From Alphaproteobacteria bacterium (GTDB lineage: Bacteria > Pseudomonadota > Alphaproteobacteria > JAJTHO01 > CANGXP01), in NCBI GenBank assembly GCA_947457935.1, contig CANGXP010000003.1, positions 29,256 through 93,255 of the forward strand: a DNA stretch of 64,000 nucleotides, read 5' to 3'. Position 1 is the stretch's first letter. Every line of letters begins with the position of its first letter. Position numbers and translations under genes: made by a program. The notes under the pieces are model-generated. The model was given only the letters and a program-made list of their open reading frames with translations. It had not been told where the DNA came from and searched no databases. Below, one piece after another: positions 36,586-47,006 of the stretch.

Positions 36586-37653
36586 ATGTCTGAAGAAACC
36601 GACGATTCCCAGAAAACCGAAGAACCCACCCAGCGACGGCTTGAACAGGCGCGGGAAAAAGGGCAGGTCGTTAATTCAAGGGAAGTTTCAACATGGATGA
36701 TGTTGTTTGCAGCAGCCCTTGCGATTTATTTGCTTGTGCCCAGCATGGGGGCTGATTTTATTGATGCACTAACACCGTTTATTGCCCACCCCCACGATAT
36801 TCCCGTTGATAGTGTTTCTGTTCGCAGTGTGCTTGTTGAGCTGTTTTTAAAAACATTTTTGGCGATGGCATTTTTTGCCTTGTTAATGATTATCGCGGCT
36901 CTCGCAGGGAATGGGATGCAATCAGGCATTTTATTTTCCAGCAATAATATTCAGCCAAAGTATGAGCGTATTTCGCTATTCAAGGGGCTTAAAAGATTAT
37001 TCTCGATGAAATCCGTTGTGGAATTTCTCAAAGGGCTAGCAAAACTCGCGATTATTAGCGGTGTTCTCTACACGCTTCTTAAGCCTGTTATCATGAAAAG
37101 CCCGTTAATGGTTGATGCAGATGTTGTGTTGATGGGCGGCAGCATCCAAGAAATTGTCATGGAAATGCTCTCAACAGTATTATCCGTGCTGTTTATGATT
37201 GCGGCACTTGATTTTCTGTATCAAAAACTCTCGTTTATGAAATCCATGCGGATGAGTAAGCAAGAAATAAAAGATGAATATAAGCAAACGGAAGGCGATC
37301 CCGTTATAAAAAGTAAGTTGCGGCAGTTGCGGCAACAACGCTTGAAAAAACGGATGATGGCGGCCGTGCCTGACGCTTCCGTGATTATCACCAACCCCAC
37401 CCACTATTCGATAGCCTTAAAATATGACAAAACATCCATTGGTGCGCCGATTGTGCTGGCAAAAGGTATGGATTTTATTGCCCTAAAAATTCGGGAGATT
37501 GCTAAAGAGCATGATATTCCGATTGTGGAAAACCCGCCGCTGGCGCGTGCGTTATATGCGGATTGCGAGATTGATCAAGAAATCTCTTTTGAGCACTATA
37601 AAGCCGTGGCACAAGTGATTAGCTATATTATGAAGTTGAAGAAGCGGAAGTAG
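36586..37653 (+). CDS. flhB: flagellar biosynthesis protein FlhB
   Basis: MSEETDDSQKTEEPTQRRLEQAREKGQVVNSREV and the NPTH autocleavage site (ITNPTHYSIAL). Confidence 0.92.
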   Translation: MSEETDDSQKTEEPTQRRLEQAREKGQVVNSREVSTWMMLFAAALAIYLLVPSMGADFIDALTPFIAHPHDIPVDSVSVRSVLVELFLKTFLAMAFFALLMIIAALAGNGMQSGILFSSNNIQPKYERISLFKGLKRLFSMKSVVEFLKGLAKLAIISGVLYTLLKPVIMKSPLMVDADVVLMGGSIQEIVMEMLSTVLSVLFMIAALDFLYQKLSFMKSMRMSKQEIKDEYKQTEGDPVIKSKLRQLRQQRLKKRMMAAVPDASVIITNPTHYSIALKYDKTSIGAPIVLAKGMDFIALKIREIAKEHDIPIVENPPLARALYADCEIDQEISFEHYKAVAQVISYIMKLKKRK

Positions 37654-38314
37654 CATTGCCCCAGTGCTCCCGCACAAAGGGAATAGTAATACTGTGCTTA
37701 TGCTGCAAAGCCGCTGCATCCAGCAAGGCAACACAATCGTGGGCGGCGGCAAAAGACCGTTCACTGCGACTCACGATGTATTTCAGCACATCATCACTTA
37801 CCTGCAACTGCCTGTCTGCAAACAACTTGGCAAGAATCGCATGAAATAAACCCGCATCGGGCAATCCCAACACCGCAACGGGGGCGGCTTTGAGGCGAGA
37901 GCGCAAATCGGGCAGCGAAATATTCCATTCTTCTAAAGGCAAACGGCTTACCAGTAACAGAAATTTCCCCGATTCTTTGGCGATATTATATAGATGAAAC
38001 AGGGCGGCTTCTGCAAGATCTTCCCCACAATCATCAATAATGCAGCCCACCGTGTCCCCTTCCAACCAATCAGCGATAGTTGCGGTAGAAAGCTGTGCGG
38101 CGGTATAATATCGCGCCCCTGTTTGTTGTTGCCAAATACTCGCAAGGTGCGTTTTGCCGCTGCCTTGTTCGCCGATTAACAGCAAGGCAGGGGCAGGCCA
38201 GTTGGGGAAGGCATCAATCCAGCGCAATGCGGCTGCATTACAATCGGAAACAAGGAAGTTCTCACGAGTGGCGGTAGTGTGTGCGGGGAGAGAGAAAGTG
38301 AGTTGTTCCGTCAT
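37628..38314 (-). CDS. hda: DnaA-regulatory inactivator Hda (HdaA)
   Basis: 228 aa. Short Walker A-like GEQGSGKTHLASIW and Walker B LLIIDD-like (CIIDD). Sits with flhB/purM/perM as in the alphaproteobacterial hdaA neighbourhood. Confidence 0.7.
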   Translation of the reverse strand: MTEQLTFSLPAHTTATRENFLVSDCNAAALRWIDAFPNWPAPALLLIGEQGSGKTHLASIWQQQTGARYYTAAQLSTATIADWLEGDTVGCIIDDCGEDLAEAALFHLYNIAKESGKFLLLVSRLPLEEWNISLPDLRSRLKAAPVAVLGLPDAGLFHAILAKLFADRQLQVSDDVLKYIVSRSERSFAAAHDCVALLDAAALQHKHSITIPFVREHWGNATSASSTS

Positions 38315-38317
38315 ATA

Positions 38318-39439
38318 CTATTGATAAAAAGAGCTTTTCTTATACTCTTGTATCGCAAAGCGCACCAATACCCCTGTCACCGCCGCAAACGGCACGGCAA
38401 TCAATACGCCCAAAAACCCAAACAGACTGCCCCCTGCAAACAGCGCAAAAATCATCCATACAGGGTGTAGGTTAATGCGACTTCCCACTAATTTCGGGCT
38501 AAGGATATTGCCTTCAATGAATTGCCCCGCGCCATAGATTGCGGCAATAATCGCAACATTTTGCCACTCAGCCATGCCGAATTGCGAGAAGGCAACGCCA
38601 ATACTCACCAGCCCCCCTACAATCGTGCCGACATAGGGAATAAAGGAAATAAACCCACTTGCCAGACCAATGACAAAGCCAAAATCTAGCCCTGCAACAC
38701 TCAGTGTAATGGCGTAAAAAATTCCTAAGCTCAATGAAACCAGCACTTGCCCGCGAATAAACCCTGCAATCGCGGCATCCATCAGTCCGAGCTGTTGCTT
38801 GATAGTCTCGTAATAATGGCGTGGCCACCAACCATCCAGCACTTTGGTAAGCGTTGGCCAATCCCGTAAGAGATAAAACGTAATCACAGGGGTTAGAATT
38901 AACAACGACAATACGCTAAACGCTTTTAAACTGCCGCTTATGAGCGTTTGCACGAATTTCCCTGCAAAGTTTACCACCGTACCTGCTTGCTCTTTCGCAA
39001 TGGCGGGGAGGTCGTTCAGATTCCCAAAGCTGCCTTTTGCAAGGTGCGCTTGGAATTCTTTGTAAAGCGGTTCAAAACGTGTCTGTAGCGTGTTGATATA
39101 TTCAGGCAATTTCAGGAAAAGCCCTGTAAGCTGTGTTTGCAGCAACGGTAGAATCATGAATGCCGCCCCCACAAAGCCGAGTAGTGCGATGAGGAGAACA
39201 ACTGTTGTGCCCAGCCAACGCGGAAGTTTGCGCTTCTCAAGGCTATTAACAAGGGGATTGAGCAAATACGCCAGCAACATTGCCGCAACAAAAGGCACAA
39301 GCACCTCTTGTAAATAAGACAGCACAACAAGTGTACCCACAAAAACAATTAACCAAAAAATCGAACGACGAGAACTTGGAAGCACGGAAGAATTCCTTAA
39401 TTTAAGGGATTTATTTTTATTAGAACTTACATGAAGCAT
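38318..39439 (-). CDS. AI-2E family transporter (PerM-type permease)
   Basis: 373 aa with about 8 TM helices; AI-2E/UPF0118 pattern. Confidence 0.8.
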   Translation of the reverse strand: MLHVSSNKNKSLKLRNSSVLPSSRRSIFWLIVFVGTLVVLSYLQEVLVPFVAAMLLAYLLNPLVNSLEKRKLPRWLGTTVVLLIALLGFVGAAFMILPLLQTQLTGLFLKLPEYINTLQTRFEPLYKEFQAHLAKGSFGNLNDLPAIAKEQAGTVVNFAGKFVQTLISGSLKAFSVLSLLILTPVITFYLLRDWPTLTKVLDGWWPRHYYETIKQQLGLMDAAIAGFIRGQVLVSLSLGIFYAITLSVAGLDFGFVIGLASGFISFIPYVGTIVGGLVSIGVAFSQFGMAEWQNVAIIAAIYGAGQFIEGNILSPKLVGSRINLHPVWMIFALFAGGSLFGFLGVLIAVPFAAVTGVLVRFAIQEYKKSSFYQ

Positions 39440-39457
39440 CTAAGATTTGTCGCGTAT

Positions 39458-39528
39458 GTCATTCCCGTGCAGACGGGAATCCACTCTTATTTAAAAAATG
39501 TGGATTCCCTTTTTCAAGGGAATGACAC
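39458..39528. repeat. MITE-like dispersed repeat, copy B (GTCATTCCC...GGGAATGAC)
   Basis: 71 bp. Hairpins ATTCCCGTgcagACGGGAAT, GGGAATCCAC..GTGGATTCCC and ATTCCCtttttcaaGGGAAT. Intergenic between perM and the DUF2066 gene. Confidence 0.7.
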
Positions 39529-39582
39529 GCGGAGCAATCGTTTCGTATAAGTCCTTTGTGTAGTATATTCTGGTAAAAATTC

Positions 39583-40866
39583 CTATTGTTCAAAAAACAC
39601 ACTCGGCTCAGGGGTGGGGCGCAAGTTCATGGAAGACGGTTGCTCATTCGGCTGCAGCGGGGCAGAGCGTTTTGGTGTGGTTTCTTTATTCGGCTTAGGC
39701 GATGCAACAGGGCTGCCGCCATACGTTGACAGTAAACGATTAAGATTTTCCGTTGTACCCGTATAGGCAATTCGCACACTCGCTTGCTGCGGTTGCAACG
39801 AAAGCACTTGCACATCATTGATGCCCTCTGTGCGCTCAAGGCGTTTTCTGATGCGCACCCAGTCTTGCATCCCTGTTAAAGGAATCGAGAGAACTTTGCT
39901 CGTATTAATGGGGGTTGTGTCAATCGCACCAGCGGCAGCATCCGCGACAAGTTCCGCGCCTTCTACACCCCCTTTGCTGTCTATTTCAGACGTTGTACTA
40001 TCAGGAAGGCTTTCCATTTTGCGCGGTGGAATTTGCAGGGCAGCAATAAGTTGCGGCACCGCACGCGCATACAGCGCACTCGCATCAAGCGGGTTGGGTT
40101 GACCCACACTGCTGATGCTAAAAAGCTCAGGCTCATACAGTTGCTTGCCACGGCTACGATTCAGCGCAACGGTAAGATCTAAGCCGTCTGGTTTTTCTTC
40201 CAACGCCGCAATCGCCACAATCACAATCTTGCTAACATACTTCACGGCAATATCTTGTAATGCATCTATATCGCCATTTTCAGCCGCGTCTTTGGTGAGC
40301 AAATTACCATCTTTCGCATCCCCCACAGGCGTAATGAAACCCAATGATTTCTTGCTATCAGGAAGGTTTTGCAGCGTAGATCGCCATAAATTCTCTGCTT
40401 CCCACAAATAGCTTTTGTCTTGTTGGCGTAAAACAGGGATGAGGAGGGGGGGCGTCTGCGCTTGTAAGCTATAAGACACATTATATTGCGCCAGATAGCC
40501 CTTTACCGCCTGTTTATTCAACTCAACAGTAATATCCGCGATATACCGCACGCGGGAAGCGCGTTCCTTATCAACGGAAACGGCAATCACATAGTTTTGG
40601 GCATTCTCCGCAGAAATTTCAGGCAGACGCTCTAGGTCAGCAGGGTCAACAACGAGCGCAAACAGTTGCTTCAGCGCAAGTTGCGGTGCAAGCAGCAACG
40701 CCTTGTTTTGTGCGGCGGCAGCGGATTTATCCGTCACATCAACATGCACCTGTTGCGCACTGAAAAGGTCAGGTGTATTGGCAGAGGCAGGGCGCACGCA
40801 CAGCGCCATGAGCACAAGAACGCAATAAAAAATCGGGAAGGCGACTGAAGAGCGGGAATGTTTCAT
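39583..40866 (-). CDS. DUF2066-like secreted protein
   Basis: 427 aa with a signal peptide and a Pro/Ser-rich C-terminus. Conserved position next to purM/hda in alphaproteobacteria. Confidence 0.45.
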   Translation of the reverse strand: MKHSRSSVAFPIFYCVLVLMALCVRPASANTPDLFSAQQVHVDVTDKSAAAAQNKALLLAPQLALKQLFALVVDPADLERLPEISAENAQNYVIAVSVDKERASRVRYIADITVELNKQAVKGYLAQYNVSYSLQAQTPPLLIPVLRQQDKSYLWEAENLWRSTLQNLPDSKKSLGFITPVGDAKDGNLLTKDAAENGDIDALQDIAVKYVSKIVIVAIAALEEKPDGLDLTVALNRSRGKQLYEPELFSISSVGQPNPLDASALYARAVPQLIAALQIPPRKMESLPDSTTSEIDSKGGVEGAELVADAAAGAIDTTPINTSKVLSIPLTGMQDWVRIRKRLERTEGINDVQVLSLQPQQASVRIAYTGTTENLNRLLSTYGGSPVASPKPNKETTPKRSAPLQPNEQPSSMNLRPTPEPSVFFEQ

Positions 40867-40923
40867 TGCATTTTTTACTGAGGGTACTAGTATGTTGTGG
40901 CATTATGAGGAAAGCAGTATACC

Positions 40924-42033
40924 ATGAACCACGACCCGCGCCATTCGTCAAGCACAACGCCTGTTCAGCACGGCGGATTAACCTATAAAAAGTCAGGCGT
41001 AAACATTGATGCAGGCAATGCGCTTATCGATATGATTAAGCCCGCAGCCGCCAAAACACGCCGTAGTGGGGTTACAACGGGGCTGGGTGGATTTGGCGCA
41101 ATCTTTGACATTAAAGCAACAGGGTATAAAGACCCCTTGTTGGTTTCCACCACCGATGGTGTGGGCACCAAAGTAAAAATCGCCGTGGAAATTCGTTCCT
41201 ATAAGACGATAGGGATTGATTTAGTCGCCATGTGCGTGAATGACCTTGTAGTACAAGGCGCAGAGCCGCTGTTCTTCCTCGATTATTATGCAACAGGTGG
41301 CCTACAACTTGATAGAGCAGCAACAGTGATTGAAAGCATTGCAGACGGATGCGTTGAGGCAGGTTGTGCGCTGGTGGGCGGTGAAACAGCGGAAATGCCG
41401 GGGATTTACCAAGGGGCGGAAATTGACATCGCGGGATTCGCGGTGGGCGCGGTTGAGCGCGATGCCGTTATAACGGGGCAAAATATTCAAGCAGGGGATG
41501 TGATATTGGGGTGTGCTTCAACAGGCGTGCATTCCAATGGCTACTCCTTGGTGCGGAAGGTTGTTGAGCATTTGAAGGCAGATTATTCTAAGCCAGCGGC
41601 ATTCTCTCCCCATCAAACCTTGGGCGAGGCATTGCTTACCCCTACCCGCATTTATGTTAAAAGCTGTTTGGCAGCGGCAAAAACGGGCGATGTACAAGGA
41701 TTTGTGCACATCACAGGCGGCGGCTTAATTGATAATATTCCACGGGTGTTGCCAGAAGGCTTGGGCGCGGAGATTGATGCAAAAAGCTGGTTTGTGCCAG
41801 AAGTGTTCTCATGGCTGCAAAAAGGTGGCAATGTTCCCGCGGTGGAAATGCTCCGCACGTTTAATTGCGGTATTGGCATGGTGGTAATTGTGCGCCCTGA
41901 TAAAGTAGACAGCATCAAGGCGATTTTGCAGCAGCATGGCGAGGAAGTATACCGTATCGGCGAGATTACCCCGCGTGCGGCTGATCGTGATTTTGTGCAT
42001 TTCCATAATTTAGAAGCGTTGTGGGCGGCGTAA
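40924..42033 (+). CDS. purM: phosphoribosylformylglycinamidine cyclo-ligase
   Basis: LTYKKSGVNIDAGN...GLGGFGA...VSTTDGVGTK is the AIR synthase signature. Confidence 0.92.
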   Translation: MNHDPRHSSSTTPVQHGGLTYKKSGVNIDAGNALIDMIKPAAAKTRRSGVTTGLGGFGAIFDIKATGYKDPLLVSTTDGVGTKVKIAVEIRSYKTIGIDLVAMCVNDLVVQGAEPLFFLDYYATGGLQLDRAATVIESIADGCVEAGCALVGGETAEMPGIYQGAEIDIAGFAVGAVERDAVITGQNIQAGDVILGCASTGVHSNGYSLVRKVVEHLKADYSKPAAFSPHQTLGEALLTPTRIYVKSCLAAAKTGDVQGFVHITGGGLIDNIPRVLPEGLGAEIDAKSWFVPEVFSWLQKGGNVPAVEMLRTFNCGIGMVVIVRPDKVDSIKAILQQHGEEVYRIGEITPRAADRDFVHFHNLEALWAA

Positions 42034-42072
42034 TTCAACCTAAAATATCTGTAATAGTTAGAAGGATTAACA

Positions 42073-42606
42073 ATGCGTTCTTTTTCTAAAAACCTCCTCG
42101 CGCTCGGTCTTGTCGTCGCACTGCCCGCCTGTGCTATGTTTTCCTCAGAGACAGCCAAAGTGGGTGCACCCGCAACGGCTGAACAAGCGAAAAAAGAGAA
42201 AATTGGCAGTATTTCAGGCGATAAAAACGGCTTTGTCCTGTTTGGTGGCAAGAAAAACAAAGCAGGGGAAGGGGCGGGCGGTATCGGCGTGAATGCCTAT
42301 CTGTGGAAAGCCTCCATCCAAACAATTTCCTTTATGCCAATTAATTCGGCGGATCCCTTTGGCGGCGTGATTGTCACCGATTGGTATTCTGCCCCTGAAG
42401 CCCCCGATGAGCGGCTAAAGCTGAACGTGTTTATCATGGATCAAGAATTGCGCTCTGATGGCGTGCGCGTGTCTGTGTTCAAGCAAGTGCGCCGTGGCGC
42501 AACGTGGCAAGATGCCCCCGTTGCGAAGGAAACTGCCCGTGGGCTTGAGGATGCTATCCTCACCAAAGCACGCCAGTTGCGCGTGGAGGCGTTGAGTGGA
42601 CAGTAA
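42073..42606 (+). CDS. DUF3576-like lipoprotein
   Basis: Lipobox LPAC. 177 aa. Conserved neighbour of purM in alphaproteobacteria. Confidence 0.5.
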   Translation: MRSFSKNLLALGLVVALPACAMFSSETAKVGAPATAEQAKKEKIGSISGDKNGFVLFGGKKNKAGEGAGGIGVNAYLWKASIQTISFMPINSADPFGGVIVTDWYSAPEAPDERLKLNVFIMDQELRSDGVRVSVFKQVRRGATWQDAPVAKETARGLEDAILTKARQLRVEALSGQ

Positions 42607-42700
42607 ACACTGTCTTTTAAGGTAGGGCACATTACTGCTATCCCCCCTTCACAACGCCCTAATAATCCGTTAAACAGGCTTTATTACTTACACGAAAGTG

Positions 42701-42793
42701 TCATTCCCGCCCCCGCCTCCGCGAGGGTAAACTTTGGCGGGAATCCACAATTTTTAAGAAAAGACTGGATTCCCCTTTGCAGGGGAATGACAT
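42701..42793. repeat. MITE-like dispersed repeat, copy C (GTCATTCCC...GGGAATGACA)
   Basis: 93 bp. ATTCCCGCC..GGCGGGAAT, GGGAATCCACA..TGGATTCCC and ATTCCCCTttgcAGGGGAAT. Intergenic between the lipoprotein gene and leuS. Confidence 0.7.
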
Positions 42794-42831
42794 ACATCAT
42801 ATATCCTCCTGTATTATAGAAAACGCCTCAA

Positions 42832-45480
42832 ATGACCGACCGTTACAATCCCAAAATCGCTGAACCACACTGGCAAGACAAATGGGCGGCACAAAACGTT
42901 TTTGTTGCGCCTAAGGAAAATCCTGCAAAGCCTTATTATGTCTTGGAAATGTTCCCGTATCCGTCGGGGAAAATCCATATGGGGCACGTGCGGAATTATA
43001 CGTTGGGCGATGTGGTGGCGCGGTTCAGGAAGGCACAAGGCTATGACGTGCTGCACCCGATGGGGTGGGATGCGTTCGGGCTGCCCGCCGAGAACGCCGC
43101 CATTCAAAGTAAGGTGCATCCTGCCGAGTGGACATATAAAAATATCAAAGACATGCGCGAACAGCTTAAACCCATGGGTTTAAGTTATGATTGGAGTCGG
43201 GAGATTGCCACCTGTTCGCCTGATTACTACCGCTTTGAGCAAGAATTTTTCCTCGAATTTCTGAAAAAAGGCTTGGCGTATCGTAAAGAATCTTGGGTGA
43301 ATTGGGATCCTGTCGAGCATACAGTTCTCGCCAACGAGCAGGTGATTGACGGCAAGGGTTGGCGTTCTGGCGCGGTGGTAGAGAAAAAACAACTCGCGCA
43401 ATGGTTTTTGAAAATCACTGATTATGCGGAGGAACTCTTACAGGGTTTAGAAACTCTAGCGCACTGGCCTGAAAAAGTGCGCCTCATGCAAGAACGCTGG
43501 ATTGGCAAATCACATGGCGCGGTGGTTGAGTTTAAACTGGTAAGAAAAGAAGACTGGACACCAGCTTTCGCAGGTGATTCGCACCACAGTCATTCGCCAC
43601 AACTCGGACGAATTGCCAGCGAAAGCTGGCATCCAGAAGAGGGTGCACTCCAGACCATCCCCGTGTTCACCACTCGCCCAGACACCTTATTCGGCGCGGC
43701 ATTCGTGGCAATTTCTCCGTCACATCCCTTAGCGGTTGACTGCGCGAAAACAGACCTAAAACTGGCGGATTTCCTCAAAGAATGCAACGCGCAGGGCACC
43801 TCAGAAGCCGCCATCGAACAACAAGAGAAAAAGGGCTATAAAACCCCGCTCACCGTTAAGCATCCATTTAATGATGCAGCAGAACTTCCTGTTTATGTAG
43901 CAAATTTTGTGCTCATGGAATACGGCACAGGCGCGGTATTTGGCTGCCCTGCCCACGACCAGCGCGACAATGATTTTGCCCATAAATACGCCCTGCCGAT
44001 TAAAACCGTGGTGCTGCCAACAGGGGAGAATCCCGCCACCTTTACCATTACAACAGAGGCCTACACAGGCGACGGCACGCTGTATAATTCCGATTTTCTG
44101 AACGGGCTTTCAGTTGCAGATGCTAAGAAAACAGCCGCTCAAAAACTAGCCGCCAACAAGCAAGGCGAGGCAAAAACCACCTATCGTCTGCGTGATTGGC
44201 TGATTTCCCGCCAACGCTATTGGGGTTGCCCGATTCCCGTGATTTACTGCGATAGTTGCGGGATTGTGCCTGTGCCAAAAGCACACCTGCCCGTCACCTT
44301 GCCCGAAGATATTGAACTCGGGCAGGCAGGCAACCCGCTTGACCGCCACCCAACGTGGAAACACACAACCTGCCCCCAGTGTAATAAGCCTGCAACCCGC
44401 GAAACAGATACGTTTGACACGTTTTTTGAGTCCTCGTGGTACTTTGCACGGTTTACAGGCTTGACCGCTGATAAGCCGTTTAACAAGGAACTTGCCGAGG
44501 CTTGGCTGCCCGTTGACCAATATATTGGCGGGGTAGAGCACGCGGTGCTGCACTTGCTCTATGCGCGATTTTTCACCAAAGCCCTCCGAGATGTAGGGTA
44601 TTGGCGGCTTTCAGAGCCTTTTAAAGGCTTGATGACCCAAGGCATGATTTGCCACCAAACCTTTAAAAACAGCGCGGGACAGTGGCTTTTTCCTGAACAA
44701 GTGGCGGACGGCGTGGAGATTGCCACAGGAAACCCTGTGACCATCGGGGCATCCGAAAAAATGAGCAAATCGCTGAAAAACGTGGTCGATCCTGACTATA
44801 TCATCAGCACCTACGGGGCAGATACGGCGCGGCTGTTCATGCTCTCCGATTGCCCGCCCGAACGCGATATGGACTGGACAGATAGCGGCGTTGAGGGCGC
44901 GTGGCGGTATACCAATCGCTTGTGGAAGCTGGTGCATGGCGCCATCCCTGCCTTGCCGCCTGTGGGCACAAAGGTAACGGATACAACACAGTATACCGAT
45001 GTGTTGCGCCTGATTCACAGCACAATTCATCATGTAACCCAAGATATAAGCCAGTTTCGGATGAATCGCGGTGTGGCCAGAATCCGTGAACTCAGTAATG
45101 GGCTAGAAGCCTTCAATGCCACAGACACAGCGGGTTTGACCGTTTTTCGCTTTGGTTTAGAAACACTGTGCCAACTCATCGCGCCGATGATGCCGCATCT
45201 TGCAGAAGAGCTGTGGAAATTGTTAGGGCATGAAACCCTTGTGATTCAAACGCCTTGGCCTGTTGCCGATGAAACATTGATGGCAAAAGACGTGGTGACG
45301 ATTGCGGTGCAAATTAACGGCAAACTCCGCGCTACGCTTGACGTTGCGCCCGATTTTCCGCAGAGTGAATTGGAACAACAAGCACTTGCCGCACCCACGG
45401 TTATCAAGGCGTTGGAAGGCAAAACAGTGCGAAAAATTATTGTGGTGCCGAATAAGATTGTTAATGTGGTGGCGGCCTAG
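42832..45480 (+). CDS. leuS: leucine--tRNA ligase
   Basis: 882 aa. HMGH class I signature (SGKIHMGHVRNY) and KMSKS. Full-length LeuRS. Confidence 0.97.
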   Translation: MTDRYNPKIAEPHWQDKWAAQNVFVAPKENPAKPYYVLEMFPYPSGKIHMGHVRNYTLGDVVARFRKAQGYDVLHPMGWDAFGLPAENAAIQSKVHPAEWTYKNIKDMREQLKPMGLSYDWSREIATCSPDYYRFEQEFFLEFLKKGLAYRKESWVNWDPVEHTVLANEQVIDGKGWRSGAVVEKKQLAQWFLKITDYAEELLQGLETLAHWPEKVRLMQERWIGKSHGAVVEFKLVRKEDWTPAFAGDSHHSHSPQLGRIASESWHPEEGALQTIPVFTTRPDTLFGAAFVAISPSHPLAVDCAKTDLKLADFLKECNAQGTSEAAIEQQEKKGYKTPLTVKHPFNDAAELPVYVANFVLMEYGTGAVFGCPAHDQRDNDFAHKYALPIKTVVLPTGENPATFTITTEAYTGDGTLYNSDFLNGLSVADAKKTAAQKLAANKQGEAKTTYRLRDWLISRQRYWGCPIPVIYCDSCGIVPVPKAHLPVTLPEDIELGQAGNPLDRHPTWKHTTCPQCNKPATRETDTFDTFFESSWYFARFTGLTADKPFNKELAEAWLPVDQYIGGVEHAVLHLLYARFFTKALRDVGYWRLSEPFKGLMTQGMICHQTFKNSAGQWLFPEQVADGVEIATGNPVTIGASEKMSKSLKNVVDPDYIISTYGADTARLFMLSDCPPERDMDWTDSGVEGAWRYTNRLWKLVHGAIPALPPVGTKVTDTTQYTDVLRLIHSTIHHVTQDISQFRMNRGVARIRELSNGLEAFNATDTAGLTVFRFGLETLCQLIAPMMPHLAEELWKLLGHETLVIQTPWPVADETLMAKDVVTIAVQINGKLRATLDVAPDFPQSELEQQALAAPTVIKALEGKTVRKIIVVPNKIVNVVAA

Positions 45481-45507
45481 AGCTGAGCTGCTTCTAAGGA
45501 ACATACA

Positions 45508-46023
45508 ATGAATCTAAAGACTTTTTTTTCAACAGCCTGCCTTGTTCTCACCCTCACTGCGTGCGGCTTTCATCCGCTGTATAGCAAAAATGGGGCAACA
45601 ATCGCCACCACGGAACCCGCTGTGGCGGAGAACTTACGGCAAATCAAGGTACTGTCCATAGCCGATAGGGCAGGGCAGAAATTGCAATGGCAGTTGAAGA
45701 ACAGCCTTGCACAAGGCTATGAGCCAGACCGCCCGCTCTATCAATTAGCCGTAGGCTTAGACGAAAGCATTGGCTATCTGGGGATTCAGCAGGATGCCTC
45801 GTCCTCATATGGAAAACTGTCTATTACCGCAACATTCACCCTAACAGACACCAAAACAGGCAAAGTAGTGTTTGAAGACAAGCAAAAAAGCACCAGTGGC
45901 TACACGATTGTGGACTCTGAATATGCCTCTCTCAAAGCCGAGCAAGACGCACGGGACAAAGTGTTACGCCAATTAAGTGAGCAGATTACGCGGCGGTTAG
46001 CGTTGTTTTTTAATAAGAAATAG
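45508..46023 (+). CDS. lptE: LPS-assembly lipoprotein LptE
   Basis: Lipobox LTAC. 171 aa. Sits directly downstream of leuS as in the conserved leuS-lptE-holA arrangement. Confidence 0.6.
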   Translation: MNLKTFFSTACLVLTLTACGFHPLYSKNGATIATTEPAVAENLRQIKVLSIADRAGQKLQWQLKNSLAQGYEPDRPLYQLAVGLDESIGYLGIQQDASSSYGKLSITATFTLTDTKTGKVVFEDKQKSTSGYTIVDSEYASLKAEQDARDKVLRQLSEQITRRLALFFNKK

Positions 46024-46094
46024 CTTGCAATATAACCTGAGGTGTATACAACCCTGAATTATATATAGCATGTTGTATTTTTCAGGATATTTTT

Positions 46095-46904
46095 ATGGAA
46101 TATAGCGGTATTTATCGAGAGGTACAAATTTGTTCCTCTGGAACAGAGAAATCTCAAGAAGACCTAAAATTTCAAGAAGCATTAAAAATTGCAAGCCGCA
46201 TTTGGTGCGAGGCAACGGGCAATGATTGCCTGCCCAAGACTCATAAACATGCTGCTCCCTTATACCATCATATCCCCGATTATCCCACTATTCTTGACCA
46301 AGCGATTCAAGCCGCAGAAAAGCAAGACGCTTTTGTAATACTAGTTTATCAACCAATAGGGACGCATACGAGTGCAGAAAAATTGCCTTTATGGGCATTT
46401 GACGAAGAAATAGCAAAACAGCGGCTTGTGCCTGTTTCGTGTGCCTTACTGTGCGAAGGATTGCCGCCTCACAAAAACTATTTAGTGGGGGCTTTGCCCG
46501 TAGCAGAATGTAATCTATGGTATGGGGGACGCTTTGCAACGCTCTCGCAATATGGTCAACAAGGCAACTCTAAATTGTTGTGGAATGCAGCAATGCGAGA
46601 AGTTTTTGAGACGAGAGGTTCAGATCAACTCATTTTTTCAAGACGTGTGGGAGAGAACGATAGTAGCGGGAATGTTAACCCTCATGGCTATAAAGATGGT
46701 TTAGTGGCGTGGTATACACGCGAATTTGGCAGCCCAACCGTCATTCCTGTTCCCGAGCAAACCAATGCCGAAACAGGAGAACTGGAGAAAAGAGGGCTAC
46801 TAGAAGCTGTTTACACCTATTCGGCTCAAGCCTATTTTGAAAAACTACAAGAACGTGTTGCTGCAGCAAAAAATATCCGCAGTATGGTGGTGATAGCGCG
46901 TTAA
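46095..46904 (+). CDS. hypothetical protein (no recognisable family)
   Basis: 269-aa ORF interposed between lptE and holA, where those genes are normally adjacent. No motifs recognised. Confidence 0.45.
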   Translation: MEYSGIYREVQICSSGTEKSQEDLKFQEALKIASRIWCEATGNDCLPKTHKHAAPLYHHIPDYPTILDQAIQAAEKQDAFVILVYQPIGTHTSAEKLPLWAFDEEIAKQRLVPVSCALLCEGLPPHKNYLVGALPVAECNLWYGGRFATLSQYGQQGNSKLLWNAAMREVFETRGSDQLIFSRRVGENDSSGNVNPHGYKDGLVAWYTREFGSPTVIPVPEQTNAETGELEKRGLLEAVYTYSAQAYFEKLQERVAAAKNIRSMVVIAR

Positions 46905-47006
46905 CTATTTTCCCGCTAAATATCTGAAATTCATCAAAATTCGTTTTTGCCGATTTTCAGAAATTTGGCTCTATCCTGCCGTGGAAACAATGTTTCACGT
47001 GAAACA

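Noticed and set aside
40848-40864. Additional MITE copy suggested by CGGGAATG in the DUF2066 gene start region
   Set aside because: Only a single half-site. No terminal inverted repeat or hairpin stack; a chance match.
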